Of a stretch of 64,000 bases of DNA, positions 12,001 through 16,174 are shown piece after piece (the stretch's first letter is position 1; the number at the start of each line of letters is the position of its first letter). The stretch spans positions 65,576-129,575 of the forward strand of contig CAKVFH010000002.1 of assembly GCA_934746515.1 (NCBI GenBank), written 5' to 3'. Source of the stretch: an uncultured Clostridia bacterium. GTDB taxonomy: Bacteria; Bacillota; Clostridia; Christensenellales; UBA1242. Both the position numbers and the translations under genes were made by a program. The notes beneath the pieces were generated by a model that was not told the DNA's origin, did no database searches, and worked only from the letters and a program-made list of their open reading frames with translations.

Positions 12001-12446
12001 GCTTTTGAATTTCCTTTACTTCCATCACCAGTCATATAGTCCCATTCACTTTTGATGATTGCATAAATTGTGAAAATGATAAGCAAAACAACAAACACTG
12101 CAATCAAAGCTCTGAATACTTTTTGAACCGAGTCAGCATACAAGAATTTAAAAATCATATCTTCTGAAGTTGCTTCAGACAATTTTCTTGCACCATCTTT
12201 GCTGGAATCAAGCCAATAATCAAGACCAATCAGCTTTTGAATGAAATATTGCAGAAAGTCCATAAATGCAAGGAACCATCTACAAATGAAATAGAAAAAG
12301 TTGGCAAGCCCTTCAAGAATTTTTTGGAAAAAGTGTCCAAAAATATAGCTTCCCAAACCCTTTTCTGTTGATGGTAAAATCATCGACAAGATAAAGTTTG
12401 ATACAAATGAATAAATTTTGCTGACCAATGGCATAAATTCCCCCAT
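1..12446 (-). CDS. Giant polytopic membrane protein, >=4148 aa; C-terminus lies beyond the window edge (partial)
   Basis: Manual minus-strand translation from ATG 12446 (or ATG 12434, preceded by GGGGGA) reads MGEFMPLVSKIYSFVSNF... through ...LTEIPDVSKMSKQE at nt 3 with no stop (4148 full codons). It is missing from the ORF track only because it has no in-window stop. Every listed minus-strand ORF in 1-12446 sits in one other frame. Hydrophobic helices at ~12300-11890 and ~9370-8880, plus Gly/Ala-rich hydrophobic repeats at 7720-4290. Confidence 0.85.
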   Translation of the reverse strand, partial: MGEFMPLVSKIYSFVSNFILSMILPSTEKGLGSYIFGHFFQKILEGLANFFYFICRWFLAFMDFLQYFIQKLIGLDYWLDSSKDGARKLSEATSEDMIFKFLYADSVQKVFRALIAVFVVLLIIFTIYAIIKSEWDYMTGDGSKGNSKASIFRSSAKAIALVIVFPILLVMGIVSSNAILASIIKAVGVDMSDTFGGKIFSVSAQSANKYRHYVDNDTYYPTSDKVTFYLDDAHRQICFGDGIDDETHVYYQDYSCNDGVVTGRKSYLSVIKNARKITIDSIFDPLVPKDITNFNGFCFRAKDKDDKKQYYFVMASSDKAEGIYYYLKCVLGAEILTKNASWASDDVGKELLKNLESNFSALYDGTYLSSVNIHQGSETVRTVCRNSWNYSLIYVNPGISLSQAISSYGTQSLADFNLGAANYSGAIMYNSQSVASYFDGGQFGNVQSKAEYSVMADVIDYMCDNNLTFYIMDATSPLIDWNYKYKDASNNDASYCVDTKWISNKLSGTVADPTNPNIGNLGKSSYNIATNQVSNVATTLKDDSKVLTFLTKYAGNYTLPAESDNDIIYTAKFNTGDELAGSRYIVCLKGSEYFYPLVNGKDFRIDNKNYCFKSVYYASEYKGVVWAKGTFDTNTVDARYGNPTYLKNTSSVDNGKDSIVTDTDGGYYYDVKENGNDLILNTYDYYTRLVYNSALSNYLATYNNGSLYAEGERDLEIKTYKVNVDSTSDLQESEIVISLSSSSPFKSEYKLKWTGVTETVGGTKYYQFASAEKGFCYVIYVSGTSSYFKTKEVNGVLQVDTSKTYNNSSKGLYPCYLNGSASKEAKNLVLKSYTIKDYKIGDEAKSILKNTFSIFENTEDFYGTFTKSVLAQLNNLNFDVLKSTKYFDSNWGTRYYYIQNEGKMTPRPAFQTAGDSETAKGIFNNTLEVKLKSAEARMLEFYENAQTSDSVSCFRYQIENYSRNTFGCYLVEINIYLWKGIFEFKTGVVQQVSDTPVVSSTFKYSGNVSGITFDYFFDQNIKLQTFYAASGINYVLLLVASVLIIKVLFSALWGVIKRFYMITLYYLAMPVAASTMPIDDGKRFGDLREKIMGEVLSTYGVLIGLNVFFVLLAPIREISSTIFTEEAIANSGSYFLKKLPITANMLNELIYILFLLVAFTLINELPGFVQGLVGKGQSLDKTGAAVKNNVKTTMKSATDMISGKSLKSGFKEAVSMAPGVIPGSQFIIDGAKKVVGAVKKGGEKFKEGVESTAGAAAGADGGGGGPSGGPGGPAGGRPAGNSRDNGKDENEEKKDGQTAEETKSPLDENPEGQSRTNIENQRTGEESQNNNRENAEEEPVNASGENEVDNNGEEYQGGIGTDDEHIRLIAREELENIIKQNPDISNMSDNSKDSGSGETVNQTYNQNGQTVENEIKDGTEEQVEQKKKTLEEMQNEEIAKVSRKGLDDAEADKQKTDANAEKLKSKINNLSSDGDADKIKAELENTAAGKSALKYYDAYMAEQKEKGRTGLAVRKEALKVMSDKSQEIAEGNVDAQTKKYDKTVRNAKLKAGVKFGIQEASALPDRFANSKFGQVANGLLGFDQSSKKGALLGLAGKAGVLGAAAIATAVGGPLAGVLIAGGSFLAKKGVGLIKQYRAADDQTRAKLIKKWGGNALKVGAGFVFGGGVLGAALVGGTIFAANKLKVRKANKGQQQLAQMNPAMRQPLTAPAGSTATGAAAGAAAQANSRNAEGDASQGAQTGGTGNGAQAGASAYSDNAILKNVIKNGDETKLNEQFFENGKLTTANGQTLENLEIKNGKIMQDGKELKGKDLQTVKSAMAGKLTDNQRTTAEGKIAKRNALLGLGAKALAGVAAAVSLAIPGIGPGIALAIAGGSFLAKKGVGLVKKYRAADDQTKAQYIKKWGGNALKVAAGGVLTGGLLGAAAVGGVLFAANKLKARKASRGQLQISQMNPAMRQPLTAPAGSTATGAAAGAAAQANSRNAEGDASQGAQTGGTGNGAQAGASAYSDNAILKNVIKNGNVDELNEQFFEDGKITTADGQTFDNLKIDKKGNVIQTINRIDENGKVTKDEQKLKGDKLKAVQTAMAGKLTDNQRTTAEGKIAKRNALLGLGAKALAGVAAAVSLAIPGIGPGIALAIAGGSFLAKKGAGLIKKYRAADDQTKAQYIKKWGGNALKVAAGGVLTGGLLGAAAVGGVLFAANKLKARKASRGQLQIAQMNPTMRQPLTAPAGSTATGAAQAEAAQTNARNAESGQDAVSEYSNSAILKNVIKNGDETKLNEQFFEDGKITTANGQTIEGLEIKNGNIMKDGKKLKGEELKSVQNAMAGKLTSAQRNSAAGKIAIKKAKNSIIAKGLIGAAAGIAMLIPGVGVLAAGGILAGSFLVKKSAGAIKRYRAANDQTKAQMIRRFGGRVMKVAAGAGIAAFTVGTLGMGGVGLAAGLGAAGVGGVMFARSRRRVRRSSAGQLQISERNPSFAQPFTAPSGTTATGAAQAEVYQASLKNDGVSEYSNNEILKNVIKSGDETKLNEQFFEDGKITTADGQTFDNLKIDKKGNVIQTINRIDENGKVTKDEQKLKGDKLKSVQNAMAGKLTSEQRNAAAGKIAIKKARNSVIAKGLIGAAAGAAMLIPNTGVLAAGGILAGSYLVKKGVGLVRKYRAADDQTKAQYIKQWGGNALKVAAGAGIAAFTAGTLGIGGVGLAAGLGAAGVGGALFVKNRKVRVAGARVGGQSYAGNQQVGGYQSYSAAPTGPSVGQVVSTEQTQQIINNAQLPANIKQMIDEAVANGLMLEGANRMAVAAQIANNQAISDSNFVTNTNDAYRNAVANLSGTTGGRVIAADVLSSFATATGTNNLDAANYLISDEQKIAIYKSMMTSEQLDTFNQKLEENANMSIKDQLRLIENSTDRNGLGLNLGISIGAKGLGFTVNDMSVRGKGAKDDSVNVAIAQLLSHQDISSDAVVDSIVRTGYKNNTTRAIAGNYALTLNYQNETTGNITGSDYHQTVFDRAQNNADINAEAIYLYLQNNPEKLKEFKSQYRITDDTKDDVILESIKQGVKDSNSMLGQIKTQDYAKELSAVTAKHVGNGSFKVQAFDLLSKAQQMDYSAHLSANIAAISTGNLYGRTEQEQITERQLSEASFGDKELVSAFMNSSTENKDEIVNKIVAKYFNILGENGNVDINSDEAKKLIAEINSNPNSENGRLFTDLTQKALYNPEEVLVAYAKAKILGKTQEFSSASIRNNTADTVVVESIMKNTPIDLVNEISQQEKDNFAKYSKLQTQSFRSQSAFSEANFELSKLEVGLEGKTLSAKEKEKFEQAKAGVAQLELRAKSDSEKVGQAFVSLGIANNKAYIAREQQLLSELQSKVLSKDSASLEFNTELDKFINGNTEHQMFINRMFGEAGMNISQVKKTSPQYISEKLGELANRRSQELDSRTSALSQTTNKSLSNEEFVKTIMQNSNEQEKDIITNQLVLDAVGIEHENGKVNTDSVGYTAVIDEIISNEQNKAWQDKIQNIDWSSDEAVSVVVGYSKAKILGKQTDKNIDAYISGGEKGKQVNERVLENITKLGSVKSKSPEVQSIVEDYEAYGNLTDEDAQELIGAKSKQTEMYNQVKESFGYKEGGDKATNVAAEKAMKAYIDSNGQNKEILNSAGIKVDQKLLNAVNKKYFTFDETGKTQAENINITAALAEEESSKVQRLEALQKANKTKASLEKQLQAMGYTSGVQAGGVTNTTAERAIDNLKAQYLSGERDISKLNSTAQGFTNASQVAEFLRQTVPAEQLAELKQETSQNGFATLSIAEQNALLAKLAAQDTGATRILKNNNVDINSMDLISKFLNSPAGEALKERLISEITETLFAMNAAKLGLSDSQAYSLLQKQTTTKQSAEVYEQQQGMLISNERVKKELEQTSHSENAEKVISTAAGKVQLLTEAEKQQAIVEGIYSYLSSKAKDQIQSVEKSGVGKEAKTEVERKQQVISSFKENNRELYREAESMTYAQAIAVANRNMIANGGLERQRSVASLIWNNDEFKGKAGALYKAENHGSELDNISEIDRNNWLFNNYSRFISSGSDILKDINKKITDMPVDFRTQASNRKVLNNLNQTEFDNIIREMKTDGEKIVSTAKQNIIAKENINGKLTEIPDVSKMSKQE
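4290..7720. repeat. Intragenic tandem repeat array, ~5 modules with a 717-801 bp period, containing near-identical DNA blocks
   Basis: The AMAGKLT-encoding landmark recurs at ~4680, 5464, 6181 and 6982. Near-identical blocks: 4680-4870 vs 6183-6373, 5740-6193 vs 6541-6994, and 6391-6598 vs 7150-7357 (the last with about 1 mismatch). The duplicated antisense peptides in the ORF track (4692.. and 6195..) show the same thing. Confidence 0.9.
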
Positions 12447-12630
12447 TTATTTCTCTTGATTATTGTCTGCAATATTTGCAATATCTTTTGCATTTAGACA
12501 AAATCTGCGAAAAATATATATAATTATAATAAACCATAATTATTATAACATAAGGCATCAAAATATGACAAATAATTTACCGCAGATTTACAAATTATTT
12601 TATTATTTTTTTAGATTTTTTTTATTAAAA

Positions 12631-12662
12631 CAAATATCATACCCTTAAGGGTATGATATTTG
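12631..12662. promoter_or_regulatory. 32-bp perfect palindrome in the AT-rich leader of the giant ORF (operator or attenuator hairpin candidate)
   Basis: CAAATATCATACCCTT/AAGGGTATGATATTTG is perfectly self-complementary. It lies ~185 bp upstream of the ORF start. In minus orientation it is followed by TTTTAAT. Confidence 0.6.
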
Positions 12663-13047
12663 AAAATTTATTTTTATGATTTTATAATCATTTTTTACTA
12701 CTGTTTTTTAGCATTAAATTTTGTATTGATTTTTACCGCTCCGTTTCAGAATTTAAAATTAAAAATTTAAAAAAGTTTATACAATATAACCAAAACTTTG
12801 ACAGTTTTGATAATAAAAAACTCTTTCTAAACTGCAGCAAAATTGTAAAAATAACACGAAATAACCATAAAAATTACAATTAAAAATATCGGCAATTTGC
12901 ATAAAAAAGACTAAAATCACCAATCGAAAATATGTGTTTTTTTAATTTAATTTATTACTTAATTTTTCATTTTTAAGCTATATATCTTTACATTTCACAA
13001 CAACAATTTATCTAAAAAATCAAATAAGCAAAATTAACATAATAATA

Positions 13048-13083
13048 AGCAAAATAAAAAGAGAAGTTTCTTCACTTCTCTCT
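13048..13083 (-). terminator. Rho-independent terminator (second of two) after the pilin-like gene
   Basis: Stem GAGAAGT/ACTTCTC (13061-13080), followed on the minus strand by TTTTTATTTT. Confidence 0.65.
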
Positions 13084-13107
13084 TTATTGTTCTATTGATA
13101 AACTCAA

Positions 13108-13140
13108 AAAAATGCAAAATAAAAACACGCTTGCGCGTGT
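13108..13140 (-). terminator. Rho-independent terminator directly after the 13155 gene
   Basis: Stem ACACGC/GCGTGT (13125-13140), followed on the minus strand by TTTTATTTTG. It begins 15 nt after the stop codon. Confidence 0.7.
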
Positions 13141-13154
13141 CTTTATTTTTTTTC

Positions 13155-13487
13155 TTATTTAAGTTGGTCGCCAAACAATTTTTTAACAGCGCCACCATTA
13201 AGAACTGCAGCAATTACGGCTACGAAAACAATTGCAACCAAGAAACCAATAATGATATTGATAAGTTGTGTTTTTGCTTTCTTTTTGCCTTCATCATCTT
13301 CAGCTTTAGCAAAAGCAATACCTACTTTAACACCTAAAACTACGCCAAGAACAAGCAAGAAAGATGCAATTACAGGTAAAACTACGTTAACAATACCTTT
13401 GAATGTATTGTAAGCTGAATTGAAGATATCGCCTGTTGCTGAAATAACTACAGTATCATCAGCTAATAAAGAAAATAAATCTAACAT
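13155..13487 (-). CDS. Small 2-TM protein, VirB2/TrbC-type pilin-like (paralog 1)
   Basis: 110 aa. Two hydrophobic helices are joined by the charged loop GIAFAKAEDDEGKKKAKTQL, then IIIGFLVAIVFVAV. This is the TM / short charged loop / Gly-containing TM pattern of Gram-positive TrbC/VirB2-like proteins. RBS GGAGAAA precedes the ATG. Confidence 0.45.
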   Translation of the reverse strand: MLDLFSLLADDTVVISATGDIFNSAYNTFKGIVNVVLPVIASFLLVLGVVLGVKVGIAFAKAEDDEGKKKAKTQLINIIIGFLVAIVFVAVIAAVLNGGAVKKLFGDQLK

Positions 13488-13597
13488 GTTGAATTTCTCC
13501 TTTTTCTAATTTTATCTATTCGACTGACCTAATACTAGCACACTAAAAATCATTTGGCAAACAAATTTTAGTGATTTTCTTAATTTTTTTAAATTTT

Positions 13598-13897
13598 TTA
13601 GCCATCAATAAATCTTGCGAGTGGTTCCCTAATTGCATAAATTACCGCAATCAACACAATAACGGTTATTGCACCTATGCAAAAATTAACCAAAACTTTG
13701 TGAAGATTATCCTTTTCGCCTGGATCTTCCGCCTTTGCATACTTAACACCCAAGAAAATTCCCCAAAAGACGCTCAAGAGTAAACAAACAGAAATAGCGT
13801 AAGGCCCAACGAGCGAAATTCCATCATAAAGTGGAGATACAACTTCATCGCCTTCACCTAAAATAAATGCTCTAAATTGTGATAAAAATTCAAACAT
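13598..13897 (-). CDS. Small 2-TM protein, VirB2/TrbC-type pilin-like (paralog 2)
   Basis: 99 aa with the same layout as the 13155 gene. The loop GVKYAKAEDPGEKDNLHKVL is followed by CIGAITVIVLIAV. The shared AKAED motif marks the two as paralogs. Confidence 0.45.
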   Translation of the reverse strand: MFEFLSQFRAFILGEGDEVVSPLYDGISLVGPYAISVCLLLSVFWGIFLGVKYAKAEDPGEKDNLHKVLVNFCIGAITVIVLIAVIYAIREPLARFIDG

Positions 13898-14120
13898 AAA
13901 TAATCACCCCATCAAATCAATTCTATCTTAACAAAATTATGGCTCATTCGCAAGCAAATTTTGTTTGAATTTATTTTTAATTTTATTTTTGACCTATTTT
14001 TTGATAATTTTTAATAGTTAGGCCTCAGAAATTGAATTCTGGAATTGCGAGCTGTACAATTTTCTCAAAATTTAATTAAAGATAAATATTTAATAAATAA
14101 AAATTATTATATAAAATTAT

Positions 14121-14149
14121 TTGCGTGATTTTTTTTAATTTGGTATAAT
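14121..14149 (+). promoter_or_regulatory. Sigma-A-type promoter for the coupling-protein operon
   Basis: TTGCGT (14121-14126), 17-nt spacer ending in TGG (extended -10 TGn), TATAAT (14144-14149). RBS GGGAGA lies before ATG 14191. Confidence 0.55.
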
Positions 14150-14190
14150 TCATCATGTAAAATATTACTCTTTTATTTTGGGAGAAAATT

Positions 14191-16149
14191 ATGTCTGATA
14201 AGAAAAAATCTTTTGGTGAAGTCATTGGAAATTTCATATTTTGGCTGATAGTATTTGCGGTTGGAAGCTATATCGCTGGAATTATTATTGCAAAATATTT
14301 ATTTGGTACAGATTGGTCTTTTAATTCACAAGAGACTTTAACTGCAACATTTATTATATTTTCAGTTTCATTTCTGTTTTATTTGCTTCGCGACAAAAAA
14401 GACGATGTTTCATTCAAAGGTCAAAAAGATATGGAAAATCAGCACTTTGCTTCGCTTTCAGAGCTTGACAAGAATTTTAAGCATTGCAAATTTTCACAGC
14501 TTAAAAATGAAAACATAGTCGGTGTGCCATTTAGATTTGAACTTAAACATGGCGATTTAAACATTCACTTTACTCCACCATGCCACGTTTTAATTGTCGG
14601 TGCTTCTGGTACTGGTAAAACTGCATGCTGGGTTGAACCAACAATGCAAATCTTGACAGAACTAAAAAACAAGCCATCACTTTTTATTACTGACCCTAAA
14701 GGCGAAATTTTCGCGCACCATAGTTTAAAAATGAAAAATCAGGGCTACACTGTTTTACAACTCGATTTAACTCAACCTTATGCAAGCAAGCGTTGGAATC
14801 CACTTGAAAATATTTATGAACAATGGCAAAAAAGAAAGCACATGGAAGAAAATATTTTAAAGCACACCAACGATCCAATCAAAAACTACCCTAACCTTTT
14901 GAAAGCTGGCGATATCAACTCTGCCGAATGGTATGAGTTTATGGGCAAAGCATTTAACACACTTCGTGAAACTCTCATTGAAGTTGATGTTGAAAAACAA
15001 AAAATTAAAGACGATTGTTTGGAAAGTTTGCAAGATATTGCAGGTGCTATTGTTCCAACCGATCCTGATCCAAAGAACAAACAATGGTCTGATGGTGCAA
15101 GAGACTATTTCGAAGCCTGCATGATTGCAATGCTTGAAGATAGTGAAAATGACGCACTTGACATGACAAAAGAAAAATATAATTTCTTTAACGCATACAA
15201 AATTGCAATTAACAAAGATGATGACTATGCTGTTGTTAAAGATTATTTTTCAGGTCGTGACCCACTTTCAAAAGCAAAAGAACTTTCAACAAACATTGTT
15301 CAAACCAAAGCACAAGTTACTCGTGATGGTTATATGTCAACACTGCTCACAAATCTTGCATTGTTCTCTGATAATGGTATCTGTTTCATGACTTCAGCAA
15401 ACGATATTCGTTTCACTGAATTTGATGACAGACCAACCGCATTCTTTATCAAAATTCCTGATGAAAGAGCAACAAGATACAAACTTGCTTCTGTTTGTAT
15501 TTCACAATCCTACAAAGAGTTCGTTCAAAAATCTCGTGCAAATGAACTTGTGAACGATGATAAAATGGCACACTTAAAGCGCCCACTCTTCTATATTCTT
15601 GATGAGTTTGCCAATATGCCAAAAATTGAAGGTTTAAACAGAATTATCACCGTTGCCAGATCAAGATGGATTTATCTTAACATGGCAATTCAGTCTTATT
15701 CGCAGCTTGATGATGTTTACGGCAAAGAAGTTGCCGAAATCGTTCGTGGTCAGTGCCGTTCAACACTTTTCTATGGAACTCCTGACCTTAAAACTCGTGA
15801 AGAGTTTTCAAAAGAACTTGGAAATCACACCATTAAAGTTGATAGCAAAACTAAAAATGAAGGCGATGGAAAAACAAAAGGAACAACTTCAACATCAACA
15901 TCTCTTCAACAAGTTCCACTCATTCACCCATCAGAACTCGACAAATTGCCACTTGGACAAAACATCACAAACAACTTCCAGCAATATCCTTGCAAAGCTG
16001 TTGCAACACCATATTTTAAGTGCTTAAACATATTCAAAATAGGAGCCGTTCCAACAGAATTCATCCCTGGAAGAACATTCAAAGAAAGCGAAGTTTTCTA
16101 CGATATTAGAAAGAGAAACAGCATCGTTCTTGAAAATAATGAAGACTAA
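14191..16149 (+). CDS. Type IV secretion coupling protein (VirD4/TraG/ConQ-type T4CP ATPase)
   Basis: N-terminal TM hairpin. HVLIVGASGTGKT (Walker A) is followed by SLFITDPKGEIF. LFYILDEFANMP is the Walker B. Length 652 aa is typical of the family. Confidence 0.85.
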   Translation: MSDKKKSFGEVIGNFIFWLIVFAVGSYIAGIIIAKYLFGTDWSFNSQETLTATFIIFSVSFLFYLLRDKKDDVSFKGQKDMENQHFASLSELDKNFKHCKFSQLKNENIVGVPFRFELKHGDLNIHFTPPCHVLIVGASGTGKTACWVEPTMQILTELKNKPSLFITDPKGEIFAHHSLKMKNQGYTVLQLDLTQPYASKRWNPLENIYEQWQKRKHMEENILKHTNDPIKNYPNLLKAGDINSAEWYEFMGKAFNTLRETLIEVDVEKQKIKDDCLESLQDIAGAIVPTDPDPKNKQWSDGARDYFEACMIAMLEDSENDALDMTKEKYNFFNAYKIAINKDDDYAVVKDYFSGRDPLSKAKELSTNIVQTKAQVTRDGYMSTLLTNLALFSDNGICFMTSANDIRFTEFDDRPTAFFIKIPDERATRYKLASVCISQSYKEFVQKSRANELVNDDKMAHLKRPLFYILDEFANMPKIEGLNRIITVARSRWIYLNMAIQSYSQLDDVYGKEVAEIVRGQCRSTLFYGTPDLKTREEFSKELGNHTIKVDSKTKNEGDGKTKGTTSTSTSLQQVPLIHPSELDKLPLGQNITNNFQQYPCKAVATPYFKCLNIFKIGAVPTEFIPGRTFKESEVFYDIRKRNSIVLENNED

Positions 16150-16174
16150 AAATTAAATTACATTGGAGATAAGT

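Noticed and set aside
1-12446. The lack of long ORFs in the track over 12 kb first suggested an alternative genetic code (stop-codon reassignment) or non-coding DNA.
   Set aside because: The standard code gives one continuous minus-strand ORF. Neighbouring genes are intact with TGG for Trp and use TGA as a stop. The gap in the track is an artefact of requiring an in-window stop.
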